Positions 36,616 to 49,041 of a stretch of DNA of 64,000 nt are shown here, piece by piece; positions within the stretch are counted from its first letter, which is position 1, and every line of letters starts with the position of its first letter. The translations under genes were made by a program, and so were the position numbers. The notes under the pieces were generated by a model. The model saw nothing but the letters and a program-made list of their open reading frames with translations. It searched no databases and had not been told where the DNA came from. Source of the DNA: an uncultured Gemmatimonadales bacterium (GTDB taxonomy: Bacteria > Gemmatimonadota > Gemmatimonadetes > Longimicrobiales > Longimicrobiaceae); contig OY970303.1 in assembly GCA_963716255.1 (NCBI GenBank), positions 480,001-544,000 of the forward strand. The letters are read 5' to 3'.

Positions 36616-38183
36616 CCGCGGCCACGCTGCGGCAGCCCACGCGCACGGCCGTCGTCGCGCGCCACTACCTTGCTCTCCTCGGGCGGGAGACGGCGCTGTT
36701 GGGAGTCTGCCTGGCGGTGGCGATCTCCACCTCGACGACCGTGTTCACGATCGACGAGATGTTCAGCGATGCGGCGGCGTTCCTGACGTTCATGGCGTTC
36801 CTCCCGACGATTCAGTGGCGCGGCGGCAGGGGCGAGCTCGAGGCCGCGCTCCCCCTGGGCGGCGTCCGCCACGACCTGGTCCGCGTAGCGTGCGGGCTGG
36901 CGTGGGCCTCCGTCGCCCTGGTCCTGCCGGTAGCGCACTGGAGCCTGGGAGCGTGGCTGAGCTCGTATCCCTGGTGGTACCCGCTCTCTCTGCTCGCAGC
37001 GGGGCTCGCGTTCTACCTGCTCGGGTCGGCGGTATGGCTGCGCACCGCCCGTCCCGGACGGATCCTGCTTGCCCCGGTCTTCATCCTTGGGCTCACCCTC
37101 CATCGCGGCTCATTCCCGTGGACGGTGGCGTACGCGTCGCGGGAGGAGCTGCACGGCATGGAGACGGGGCAGTGGATCGCCGCGGCCGTCACGTGGCTAT
37201 GCGTCGGGTGGGCGGCCATCGTGCTGGCGGCGGTCGCCGGCCGCCCGACCCACCGCGGGGACCGGGGTGCGGCAGGAAAAGGCCGGACCGACGGGGGAAG
37301 TGAGAGGCGCCGCGCGATGCGACGCAGGGCGCGTGCGGTCACAGGGCTCCTGCCCCATCCCGCGTCCGCGTTCACGGTGCTGCGCGCGCAGGCGGCCCTG
37401 ATGGAGCACCGCGCCACGGGCTGGCCCGCCGCCGTAGCACTCGCCCTCATCTGGCCGCGCGTGCAATGGGAGCTCTGGCCTCCCGACTGGGCTCACGAGC
37501 CTCTCTTCTTCCGCGAACCCTTGTACTTCGTGGTACTGACCCTCTTTTCCTTCCTCTGGCCGCTCGTGGTCTGGATGGACGACCACGGGCCGGGGCGCGA
37601 GCACGAGGAGGCCCTCCCGGCGAGCGTCCTCACGCGGCGTCTCGCCCGGGTGACCGCGGGAGCCGTCGTGCTGCTGGCACTGTGCCTCGTCGTGGTGGCG
37701 GGGCCCGTGGCGGGTGCCTGGATCGGAGGGACGATTCCCTCGCCCGCCGCCGTCCCCGCGAAGTTCTGGGTCGAAATCCCTGCCGCAGTGCTGATGTTGT
37801 ACCTCGCGGGATCCATCCCCCTCCTTCTGGCCCCGGACCGCTCCCCCCGGCGCGCCCTGGTCTGGTACCTGGCCACGCCGCTCCTGGTGCTTCCCTACTA
37901 CCTGGGACCCGGTGTGGGCGACGCCCGGTTCTCGCCTACGGCGGTGTTCTCGGTGTTCACGACCCACCCGGTGCCCTGGGTGGACGCGGCACTGCTCTGG
38001 CTCGCCGTGCTCGCCGCCGCCACGGTTGCCGCCGCCGCCCTGGGCGCCCGGAGGGACCGTGGCGGGCCGTGGCTGCCGGCGGGGCTTCGCGCTCCGCGCC
38101 GGATCGCGCCGGGCCCGGAAGCGGCCCGGCCCGCCCGGCGGATTGGAAGCGGCCACACCGCCAGATCCATTTCGCAGCTCTGA
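36612..38183 (+). CDS. Polytopic membrane protein, probable ABC permease with two similar halves
   Basis: GTGA overlap with the ATPase; many TM segments; ExALP motif occurs twice (ELEAALP, HEEALP). Confidence 0.7.
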   Translation: MTAATLRQPTRTAVVARHYLALLGRETALLGVCLAVAISTSTTVFTIDEMFSDAAAFLTFMAFLPTIQWRGGRGELEAALPLGGVRHDLVRVACGLAWASVALVLPVAHWSLGAWLSSYPWWYPLSLLAAGLAFYLLGSAVWLRTARPGRILLAPVFILGLTLHRGSFPWTVAYASREELHGMETGQWIAAAVTWLCVGWAAIVLAAVAGRPTHRGDRGAAGKGRTDGGSERRRAMRRRARAVTGLLPHPASAFTVLRAQAALMEHRATGWPAAVALALIWPRVQWELWPPDWAHEPLFFREPLYFVVLTLFSFLWPLVVWMDDHGPGREHEEALPASVLTRRLARVTAGAVVLLALCLVVVAGPVAGAWIGGTIPSPAAVPAKFWVEIPAAVLMLYLAGSIPLLLAPDRSPRRALVWYLATPLLVLPYYLGPGVGDARFSPTAVFSVFTTHPVPWVDAALLWLAVLAAATVAAAALGARRDRGGPWLPAGLRAPRRIAPGPEAARPARRIGSGHTARSISQL

Positions 38184-38358
38184 AGCCCGCGTCCCGGTGC
38201 CGGATCCGGTTGCATCGCACACACACACACACGGACGGCGGGGGGAGGCTCCCCCGCCGGCGCGACTCCCCCGCTTAACGCCATCCAGCGGAGCCTCCCG
38301 CGACCATCCCCCTCCACCCCCCGTGCACCGGATCCGGCATCAGGCGAGCGGACGCAAG

Positions 38359-38391
38359 GAGACCCGCCGGGGCAGCTCCCCGGCGGGTCTC
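38359..38391. terminator. Hairpin between convergent genes (terminator-like)
   Basis: gagacccgccgggg-cagct-ccccggcgggtctc. Confidence 0.65.
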
Positions 38392-38422
38392 TTCGCGATC
38401 CGACCAGACCCTCGGGCCAGGC

Positions 38423-41359
<2,937 letters not shown>

Positions 41360-41696
41360 CGGTCTCCTGTTCGTTCTCGGTCAGGCGGCCCCTCCGTACG
41401 CGGGTCCGCAGCTGGAAAACCGCTGCAAGCACGGGTCCAGCCGGTTCCGCGGGGGCGCGTCGCGAATCTACCAAGCTCCCCACCGCTCCGCCAGCACGGT
41501 GCCGGGCGCGGATCGGGCGCCGCGCGGGGATCGTCGGGGCATCCGGGCCAGCCGGTGCCCGAACGGACCGCGGCCCCGCTCTCCGGGCGGAGAGAGCGGG
41601 GCCGCGCGCCGTCGACGGTCCATGAACGATTCGGCCAGGCATCGAAATCGGCCCTTTTCCGGTTCGGTGGCACCAGCATCGTATCGCGCCTTCAGT

Positions 41697-42173
41697 TCAT
41701 CCCCCGTCGCGGCGCTTGGACCCACGCTTGGTGCCGGCGCGCCCCCGGTCCCGGATGCCTTTCGAGGTGGGCGGTCCGTCGACGTCCCGGCGGAAGGTGT
41801 GGCGTCGGCCGGCCGTGACGCAGTCGGCCTCCATCCGCGCCCAGGTGACGACCTCGCGGCCGCTCGCGGAGTCCTTTTTCACCTCCAGCTCCACCACGCG
41901 CTCCGCGGTGAGGAACGGGTGTGGGCCGCACGACACGTACGGCGCCCCGTTGATCTCTTCGACCTGGGCCCGGTAGGGGGTTTCCGCGGGGTCGGCCGCG
42001 TAGCCGACCAGCTCGCCCACCGTCGATGTCGACTGGGCATGCAGCAGCGTCACCACGTCGGCCACCCTGTCGACCGGCCAGTCCTCCGGCAGGACCGCCA
42101 CCACCTTGTCGACCATGGCCGCGGCGTCGTCCGCCCACTCCCAGGTCACCAGCCACGCACGGATTCCGCTCAC
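41697..42173 (-). CDS. Hypothetical protein
   Basis: GC3-biased frame starting SGIRAWLVTWEW; start uncertain. Confidence 0.55.
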   Translation of the reverse strand: MSGIRAWLVTWEWADDAAAMVDKVVAVLPEDWPVDRVADVVTLLHAQSTSTVGELVGYAADPAETPYRAQVEEINGAPYVSCGPHPFLTAERVVELEVKKDSASGREVVTWARMEADCVTAGRRHTFRRDVDGPPTSKGIRDRGRAGTKRGSKRRDGG

Positions 42174-42496
42174 CCTCCACCCCCGTCGCCGCCCACTCCA
42201 TGGCTCCCGGAGCCTGCGCCCCCACCGGAGCGTCCCCCGCGGCTGAAAAGGTTCATTTACGGTTGGCCCTCGCAGGTAGGCTCGGACGTGCACCGGCGGC
42301 CCGGCTGGCGCATTCTCGTCCCCATGTTGCGGCTCGTCGTGGGGGCGTGTCAAGAAACCAGGGCAGAACGCCGGCAGCGTGTGGCGGCGAAGTCGAGACC
42401 CAGGGCACCGCCCGATGCGGATCGCAGCCCGCGCCGTTATCGTTAACGGTCTTCATCCACAACCAGCGCACAACCCCTGCATAGGGCGAGATTCCG

Positions 42497-42862
42497 ATGA
42501 GCCGGGAAGTCATCCTGATCGGCGACAAGGTGCTGATCAAGCCGGAAGAGAACGAGAAGACGCCCTCGGGGCTATACCTGCCGCAGAGCGTGGCCGAAAA
42601 GGAAAAGGTGGGCGGCGGCTACGTGGTGAACGTGGGCCCCGGCTACCCCACCTCCGAGCCCGCCGGCGACGGCACCGAGCCGTGGTCGCGCACCGCCTCC
42701 AAGACCGAGGTGCGCTACGTGCCGCTCCAGGCCGGCAAAAGCGACTACGCCATCTACCTGCGGCGCGAGGCCGTGGAGGTGGAGATCGACGGCAGCAAGT
42801 ACCTGATCGTTCCCCACGCGGCGATTCTCCTGTTGATCCGGGACCGCATCCCGCTGCCTTAG
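42497..42862 (+). CDS. groES: Co-chaperonin GroES-family protein (stand-alone)
   Basis: GDKVLIKP, KTPSGLYLP, VVNVGPG, EVEIDGSKYLI; no groEL adjacent. Confidence 0.85.
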   Translation: MSREVILIGDKVLIKPEENEKTPSGLYLPQSVAEKEKVGGGYVVNVGPGYPTSEPAGDGTEPWSRTASKTEVRYVPLQAGKSDYAIYLRREAVEVEIDGSKYLIVPHAAILLLIRDRIPLP

Positions 42863-42868
42863 CATCGT

Positions 42869-43032
42869 GGCGTGGGGCCGCTCCGGAGCCGGACGATACG
42901 GCCGTCCGTCTCCTGCGCGGGTCGCGGAGCCACCGGGAACTGCCCCGGTGTCTCCGCTCCAGCTCCGTGAGCCTCGCGCAAACAGCCGCGCGAGTCTCCC
43001 TCCGCAACGGATTCGTGGGGTACTGCGGAACG
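42869..43032 (+). repeat. Structured repeat family B, copy 2
   Basis: Aligns with the reverse complement of 12705-12883; stems differ but remain paired. Confidence 0.88.
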
Positions 43033-43034
43033 AC

Positions 43035-43079
43035 GAACAGCGCCCCCGCCCGGATCTCCCGGCGGCGGGGGCGCTGTTC
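43035..43079. terminator. Hairpin between convergent genes
   Basis: gaacagcgcccccgcc...ggcgggggcgctgttc. Confidence 0.6.
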
Positions 43080-43145
43080 CGTATTGCGTACTGCTGTCGC
43101 CGTTGCAGGCTATTCCCTGTGCCGCTGCACGCTACGCGTGCACCG

Positions 43146-43544
43146 TTACAACCCTGTTCCCTGTTCCCTGTCCGTCCCCCCGTCCAGCAGCCTGCGCACC
43201 TCCTCCACCACCCGCCTCGGCTCCACCGGCTTCGCCAGGTAGCTGTCGAAGCCCTCGGCGATCGCGCGGGCGCGGTCCTGCTGCAGGGCGTGGGCGGTCA
43301 GCGCCACGATGGGGATGCCGGCGATGTCGGGGTTCTCGCGGATCTGCCGCGCGGCCTCCCAGCCATCCAGCAGTGGCATCGAGATGTCCAGGAGGATCAG
43401 GTCGGGGCGCTCCTCCGCGGCCAGCCGCACCGCGGCCTCCCCGTCCTGCGCCTCCACCACCGTGTAGCCCGAGTGCTCCAGGATCGTGCGGTAGATGGTC
43501 CGGTTGTCCTCGTTGTCCTCCGCCAGCAGAATCCTCTGCGTCAC
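43146..43544 (-). CDS. Single-domain response regulator (DivK/CheY-like)
   Basis: ILLAEDN, PDLILLDISMP, DGW, IVALTA, YLAKP. Confidence 0.92.
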   Translation of the reverse strand: MTQRILLAEDNEDNRTIYRTILEHSGYTVVEAQDGEAAVRLAAEERPDLILLDISMPLLDGWEAARQIRENPDIAGIPIVALTAHALQQDRARAIAEGFDSYLAKPVEPRRVVEEVRRLLDGGTDREQGTGL

Positions 43545-43638
43545 TCCGCACCTCGCTCTCGTTGGTACTCGCTCCCCGTCGGGTCCGTCCCCGGGAGCGG
43601 CGGGGAAACATCCGCACGACGTGTGCCCCGCGCGCGCG

Positions 43639-44574
43639 TCAGGCGCACGCCTCGCAGCGGGCGCGGAACTCCGGGGTCTCCATCTGGATGGTCATGTGGT
43701 GAAGGCCGAAGCGCTCGTGCAGCAGGCCGTGCAGGTCGGCGAGCACCTCGCTGCTGCCGCGGCGCGCCAGGTCGCCGCCCACCACCACGTGGCCGCTCAT
43801 GGCCTCCATCCCGCTGGTGATGGTCCACACGTGCAGGTCGTGCACCTCCTCCACCCCCTCCACCTCCGCCATGGCCGCGCGCACCTCGGCCACGTCGATG
43901 TGCGGCGGCGTCCCCTCCAGCAGTACGCCCACGCTCTCGCGCACCAGGTGCCACGCCGACCAGATCACCAGCAGCCCGATGAGCACCGACACCAGCGGGT
44001 CCGCCCAGTACCACCCGAACGCCCACACCGCCGCGCCCCCCAGGATGGCGCCCACGCTCCCCAGGGCGTCGGTGAGCAGGTGGAGCCAGGCGCCGCGAAC
44101 GTTGAGGCTCTCGTCCTTGCCGCCGTGCAGCATCAGCAGCCCGGCCACGTTCACCAGCAGCCCGCCCACCGCGATCACCATCACCAGCCCGCCCGACACC
44201 GGCTGCGGCTCGGACAGGCGGTGGAACGCCTCCACGAAGATCAGCAGCGAGATGGCGATCAGCGTGGCGCCGTTCGCCAGCGCCGCGAGGATCTCGGTGC
44301 GGTAGTAGCCGTAGGTGCGCTGCGGCGTGGCCGGACGCTGCGCGATCCAGATGGCGAAGAGCGAGAGCGCCAGCGCCGCCACGTCCGACAGCATGTGCCC
44401 CGCGTCGGCGAGCAGCGCCAGCGAGTTCGCCATCCAGCCGCCCACCGCTTCCGCCACCAGGTAGGCGGCGGCCAGCCCCAGCGTGATCGCCAGGCGGCGG
44501 CGGTTGCGCGCGCCGGCGGTGCCGTGCCCGTGGTGGTGGTGCCCGTGACCGTGGTGGTGCTGTCCGGCTCCCAT
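43639..44574 (-). CDS. czcD: Cation diffusion facilitator (CzcD/ZitB-like Zn/Co/Cd efflux)
   Basis: His-rich N-terminus, SLALLADAGHMLSD, HLLTD, VHDLHVW, HMTIQME. Confidence 0.9.
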   Translation of the reverse strand: MGAGQHHHGHGHHHHGHGTAGARNRRRLAITLGLAAAYLVAEAVGGWMANSLALLADAGHMLSDVAALALSLFAIWIAQRPATPQRTYGYYRTEILAALANGATLIAISLLIFVEAFHRLSEPQPVSGGLVMVIAVGGLLVNVAGLLMLHGGKDESLNVRGAWLHLLTDALGSVGAILGGAAVWAFGWYWADPLVSVLIGLLVIWSAWHLVRESVGVLLEGTPPHIDVAEVRAAMAEVEGVEEVHDLHVWTITSGMEAMSGHVVVGGDLARRGSSEVLADLHGLLHERFGLHHMTIQMETPEFRARCEACA

Positions 44575-44603
44575 TGCTCTCTCGTGCGCTTCGTCCAGTA
44601 CCG

Positions 44604-44654
44604 AAAAAAAGGACGCCCCCGCCCCCGGGCGCGGGGCTCGGACGGGCGGGGGCG
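44604..44654 (-). terminator. Rho-independent terminator after lgt
   Basis: GC-rich hairpin followed by a T7 run on the minus strand. Confidence 0.6.
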
Positions 44655-44689
44655 CTGCCGCGGCGGCGCCGCGAAGGTGCGGGGGCTCC

Positions 44690-45682
44690 TTACCCCGCCG
44701 CGCGGACCCGCGGGGCTTCCCGGGCCCGCCGCCAGCTCCACAGCAGGATCCCCAGCCCCCCCAGGATCATCAGCGCGCTGAGCGTCTGCCCCATGGTGAG
44801 CGGGCCCAGCACCGTCCCCACCGGGTCGTCCGGGCCGCGGAACTGCGCGTCCGGCTGGCGGAAAAGCTCCACGAAGCTGCGGAACAGCCCGTACCCCAGC
44901 AGGAAGAGCCCCCCGAAGGTCCCGTCCGGCAGGCGCACGCCGCGCCTGCGGGCGATGGCGTACACCGCCCACAGGACCAGGCCCAGCAGCAGCCCCTCGG
45001 TCAGCGCCTCGTAGAGCTGCGAGGGGTGGCGCAGCGGCACCTGCGCCTTGACCGCCTCCCACGCACCGGAGTCGTACGCCGCCTGCAGGGCGTTCTCGCG
45101 GTCGCGCATCCCCATCCCCTCCAGCCGCAGCGCGCGCAGCGCCGCCGGGTCGGTGGGAAAGCGCATGGCCCAGGGAACGTCCGGCGCCGCGGGTCGCCCG
45201 TACAGCTCGCCGTTGATGAAGTTGGCGACGCGCACGAAGAAGATCCCGAAGGGAACCGCCAGCGCCAGCCCGTCGCCCAGGTTGAAGAAGGGGATCCTGT
45301 GGCGCCGCGTGAACCACCAGGTGGCGACGATCACCCCCAGCAGCCCGCCGTGGAAGGAGAGCCCCCCTTCCCAGATGCGGATGATGCGCGCGGGGTTCGC
45401 GGCGAAGTCGGCGAAGTCGTAGAAGAGGATGTAGCCGATCCGCCCGCCCAGGATCACCCCCAGCACCAGCGCGGTGATCAGGTCGCCCGCGGCGTCCGGC
45501 TCCATGCGCAGGAACTTGCGCTCCGCCAGGCGCCGCAGGACCAGGTAGGCCACGAAGAAGCCGGCCAGGTAGCCCAGGCCGTACCACCGCACGTCCACGG
45601 GACCCGGGAAGTCCAGCGCCACCGGGTCCAGCCGCGGAAAGGGGATCTCGAACAGCACGGAGGCAAGCGCCGCGAGGGTCAA
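44690..45682 (-). CDS. lgt: Prolipoprotein diacylglyceryl transferase
   Basis: VRWYG, GGRIGY, WEGGLSFHGG, RVANFINGELYGR, RHPSQLYE, ELFRQPD, TMGQ. Confidence 0.96.
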   Translation of the reverse strand: MTLAALASVLFEIPFPRLDPVALDFPGPVDVRWYGLGYLAGFFVAYLVLRRLAERKFLRMEPDAAGDLITALVLGVILGGRIGYILFYDFADFAANPARIIRIWEGGLSFHGGLLGVIVATWWFTRRHRIPFFNLGDGLALAVPFGIFFVRVANFINGELYGRPAAPDVPWAMRFPTDPAALRALRLEGMGMRDRENALQAAYDSGAWEAVKAQVPLRHPSQLYEALTEGLLLGLVLWAVYAIARRRGVRLPDGTFGGLFLLGYGLFRSFVELFRQPDAQFRGPDDPVGTVLGPLTMGQTLSALMILGGLGILLWSWRRAREAPRVRAAG

Positions 45683-45722
45683 CGCGAGGCGGGGTGCGGG
45701 TGAGCGGGACCGGGCGCGCGGG

Positions 45723-46427
45723 CTACTTGGCCAGCGCGCGCCCCTCGGCCTCCGCGAGGCGCATCTCGTACAGCGAGCGCTCGAAGGAGCCCTCCTCCGT
45801 CATGTCGCGCAGCCGGCGGTACAGCTCCGCCGCGCCGGCGAAATCGCCGCCCTGCTGCCGCAGCGTCGCCGCCTCGGCGAGCGCCGCCTCCTGCTGGTAC
45901 TCCAGCTCCGCCGCGTCGGCGACGCGCAGGTAGCTGTCGATGGCGGCCTGGCGGTTGCCGGACTGGTTGTGGGCCGCGCCCAGGAGCATGGCGCCCTGCG
46001 CCCCCACCGGCGTCCCCGGGCCCTCGTCCACCCCTTGCAGGACGGTGACCGCCTCCTTGGCCCTGCCGGCGTCCAGGTGGACCTTGGCGAGCAGCAGGCG
46101 GGCCTGGTCGGCCTGCACCGTGCCGTCGAAGCGGCGGATGAAGTCCTGCAGGTCGCGCTGCGCGAGGGTGGCGTTGCCGGAGAGCGCCGTCTGCTCCACC
46201 GTCGCGAAGGCGATGGACGCCCTTTCCTCGCTCTGCCGCTTCTGGTACCCGTAGAACAGGTACGCCCCCACGGCCACGATCGCCAGCATGGCGATCCCCA
46301 CCACCACGCGGGCGTTCCTGCGCGCCCACTCGGAGAGCTGGATCGCGCGTGCCATCACCACGTCTTCGGAGTCGAGGGCGTGGGAGGTGTTCCGGGAGCG
46401 GGAGGAGGCGACGGACGGGGAAGCCAT
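45723..46427 (-). CDS. Membrane-anchored TPR protein (YfgM-like)
   Basis: Single N-terminal TM followed by TPR-like helical repeats. Confidence 0.75.
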   Translation of the reverse strand: MASPSVASSRSRNTSHALDSEDVVMARAIQLSEWARRNARVVVGIAMLAIVAVGAYLFYGYQKRQSEERASIAFATVEQTALSGNATLAQRDLQDFIRRFDGTVQADQARLLLAKVHLDAGRAKEAVTVLQGVDEGPGTPVGAQGAMLLGAAHNQSGNRQAAIDSYLRVADAAELEYQQEAALAEAATLRQQGGDFAGAAELYRRLRDMTEEGSFERSLYEMRLAEAEGRALAK

Positions 46428-46781
46428 AGGACCTCGAGTATCGGTGGTTCGGCCGGGGCCCGTGGGGGCGCCGCAGCGGCCGGGGAAGACGTGGGCGATG
46501 GGGCGCCCGGCTGCGGGCGAGCCGGAGGCCGCGCGGTCCCGCCGGGTACACACCCGCGCGCCGGAAGGTCCGGGCGGCGATGTCTGCAGGAGCGGGGGGC
46601 AAACAGGAAAATTAGCCGTTCCCGGGGGGCGGTGTCAACCGCGAGCGGGCACCCGCCGCACGTCCCGGTGGAACGGGGGTTGCGCGTACGGCGGCACGGC
46701 GCCCGGGCTCCCGTGCGCGCACCCGTCCCCCGCGGCGCCCTCTCGCGGCGGACGTCCTCCACTTCCGCGCCCGCACCCCAC

Positions 46782-47738
46782 ATGGACTTCCTCTTCGGTC
46801 CCGAGCCCATCGCCGCGGTCCAGCGGATCTTCGGACCCGGGTGGGTGCCCTTGTTCAGGCTGGTGTCGCTGCTGGGCTCCAACTGGGGCGTGGTCCTGGG
46901 GCTGGGGATCGCCGTGTGGCTCGCCGGCCGGCGGACGGCGTACGCGCTGGCCGGCGCCCTCGCGGTGGAGGGCGTCGTCAACGTGGTGCTCAACCGGCTC
47001 GTCGAGGTCCCGCGGCCGAGCCATCCTTCCATCGTCGTCTACGAGCAGGTCCCGCTCAGCTCCTTCCCCAGCGGCCACGTCTTCACCGCCGCCGTGGTCT
47101 GGGGGGCGCTCTGGCTGTTCGGCAGGGTCCCGGCGGCGGCCGCCGCCCTCGCCGTGCTCGCGGTCGGCGTCGCCCGCCTGGGGCTGGGCGTGCACTTCCT
47201 GGGCGACGTGCTGGGCGGGCTCGCCTTCGCCGCGGTCCTCCTGCTGGGCTTCCGCCGGCTCTGGCCGCGGGTCCAGGGGTGGGCGGCGGAACGCTCCTTC
47301 GCCTTCTTCGCGGGGGCGGGCGCGCTCGCGGCCGCCGCCGCGCTGGCCTCCACCCGGGTGATCGGCGACAACGAGCACGAGTGGGGCGCCGTGGGCATCG
47401 CGGTGGGGATGATCACGGGGCTGCTCGCCGGGGCGCGCTGGCTCCGCTTCGACGGGGGACCGGGGTCCGCCGGACACCGGGCGGCGAGGCTGCTGCTGGG
47501 GAGCGCCGGGATCGCGGCGGCCTTCCTGGTCGCCCGGCGCGCGGGCTCCGATGCCCTGGGGGTGCAGGCGGCGGCCGCGGGGCTCGCCACGCTGTGGGCG
47601 ACGCTGCTGGCGCCGGCGGTCTTCGCCGCGACGGGGCTCGGCGCGCGCGAGGGAGATTCGGGGCAGCCGGCCACGGCACGGCCGGCTAGCGCAGGTGGCG
47701 GAGGTAGCGCTCCGGGTCCAGGAGGAAGTCGCGGGTGA
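46782..47738 (+). CDS. PAP2 family membrane phosphatase
   Basis: PRP, SFPSGH, RLGLGVHFLGDV. Confidence 0.87.
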   Translation: MDFLFGPEPIAAVQRIFGPGWVPLFRLVSLLGSNWGVVLGLGIAVWLAGRRTAYALAGALAVEGVVNVVLNRLVEVPRPSHPSIVVYEQVPLSSFPSGHVFTAAVVWGALWLFGRVPAAAAALAVLAVGVARLGLGVHFLGDVLGGLAFAAVLLLGFRRLWPRVQGWAAERSFAFFAGAGALAAAAALASTRVIGDNEHEWGAVGIAVGMITGLLAGARWLRFDGGPGSAGHRAARLLLGSAGIAAAFLVARRAGSDALGVQAAAAGLATLWATLLAPAVFAATGLGAREGDSGQPATARPASAGGGGSAPGPGGSRG

Positions 47739-48495
47739 GGTTGACGTGCTCCAGGTCGCCGTACGCCACCTCCTGCACGGGCGCGGCGTCGAAGCTGTAG
47801 ATGCGGGCGCCGGGAAGCGCCAGCAGGATGGGCGAGTGCGTCGCCACCACGAACTGCGCCCCCTCCGCCACCGCGTCCGACAGGAGAGCCAGCAGCGCGA
47901 GCTGCCGCTGCGGCGACAGCGGCGCCTCGGGCTCGTCCAGCAGGTACAGCCCGGTGCCGTCGATGCGGCGGGTGAACAGCTCCAGGAAGCTTTCCCCGTG
48001 CGAGCGGGCGTCGTACTCGCCCATGAACTCCACGGCGGCGGCCTCGTCCGGATGCACGCCGGACTCCCAGTCGCTCGCCCGCTCGGGGGGTGGGGCGGCC
48101 AGCCCGGACTCGCGCGTCTCCCGGTGGATGCGCGCCCGGTCGCGCGCCCGTCGCTTGAGGTATCCGAAGAAATCCTCCGCGCGCAGGAAGAAGCCGTGCC
48201 GCGTCCGCTTCCGCCAGGTGAGCCGGAGCGTGGAGGCCAGCGCCCGCTGCGCCTCCAGCGACGGGTCGTACTCCACTTCGTCGCTCCCCAGCGTCGGCAG
48301 CTGGGCCGCGGCGGCGATCCCCTCCAGCAGCGTGGACTTGCCGGAGCCGTTCTCCCCCACGAAGAAGGTCACCGGCGCGGACAGGTCGAGCACGTCCAGC
48401 GAGCGGATGGCGGGCACGGAAAACGGGAAGCCGTCGCGCGACCGTTCCAGCGGCAGGCCGGGCTCCCTGCGGGATACGTGGAGAAGCTGGGGCAT
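47686..48495 (-). CDS. Stand-alone ABC/AAA-type ATPase (COG3910-like)
   Basis: GENGSGKST, FFLRAE, SHGESF, LLDEPEAPLSP, ATHSP. Confidence 0.87.
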   Translation of the reverse strand: MPQLLHVSRREPGLPLERSRDGFPFSVPAIRSLDVLDLSAPVTFFVGENGSGKSTLLEGIAAAAQLPTLGSDEVEYDPSLEAQRALASTLRLTWRKRTRHGFFLRAEDFFGYLKRRARDRARIHRETRESGLAAPPPERASDWESGVHPDEAAAVEFMGEYDARSHGESFLELFTRRIDGTGLYLLDEPEAPLSPQRQLALLALLSDAVAEGAQFVVATHSPILLALPGARIYSFDAAPVQEVAYGDLEHVNLTRDFLLDPERYLRHLR

Positions 48496-48625
48496 GCGGT
48501 GCGGGTCGGGTACCGTGAAACGGGGAAGAGTTCGCTGCCCCCCGGCCGGCGCAATCCGCAGGCCCAGCGCTCCTCGGAGAGCCGCCGGGCCGGCCGCCTG
48601 GTGGCGTCCGGCCCGGCGGTGTGGG

Positions 48626-48826
48626 CTACTCGATGAAGCAGATGCAGGGCCCGTCGATGCAGACCCCGCCCGAGTTCCCCTGCGAGATGCAGTCCTTGCG
48701 GCACCGCCCGGTGGCGCAGGCGAGCTCCGCGGACTCCCGGGGCTCCGCGAGCGCCTGCGTGGCTCCGAAGCCTAGGGCCGCCAGGGTGGCTAGGCCATAC
48801 AGGGTTGCGCCGAGCCTGCTTCTCAT
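48626..48826 (-). CDS. Secreted six-cysteine, CS-alpha-beta defensin-like peptide (66-aa precursor)
   Basis: Signal peptide ending ALA; C-x4-C-x3-C-x9-C-x4-C-x-C with GGVC. Confidence 0.7.
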   Translation of the reverse strand: MRSRLGATLYGLATLAALGFGATQALAEPRESAELACATGRCRKDCISQGNSGGVCIDGPCICFIE

Positions 48827-49041
48827 GAGGGCGCGCGGCGCCCACTGGGCATGTCCCGCACAGGAATCTTGCAGGGGCTGGCCGACAGGAATAGTTGCAT
48901 AGATCCGGGTAGGACACTCCACGCACCTGGGGCCGTGCGCCGCTGTCGTGGCACCGGCCCCTCGTCAAAGGAGATAGAGGGATTTCCGGGATAGATCCAG
49001 CTCCGCTTCCGTCCATACCCACAGAATCCGAGGTTCACGGA

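Noticed and set aside
38217..38231. (CA)n run
   Set aside because: Short, located between convergent 3' ends; no plausible regulatory effect.
43150..43170. Short heptamer-like repeats (TTCCCTG; similar at ~2437-2460)
   Set aside because: Only two to three degenerate units; too little to support a function.
47686..47738. 53-bp convergent overlap of the PAP2 and ATPase genes
   Set aside because: Low-complexity tail read-through, common in high-GC genomes.
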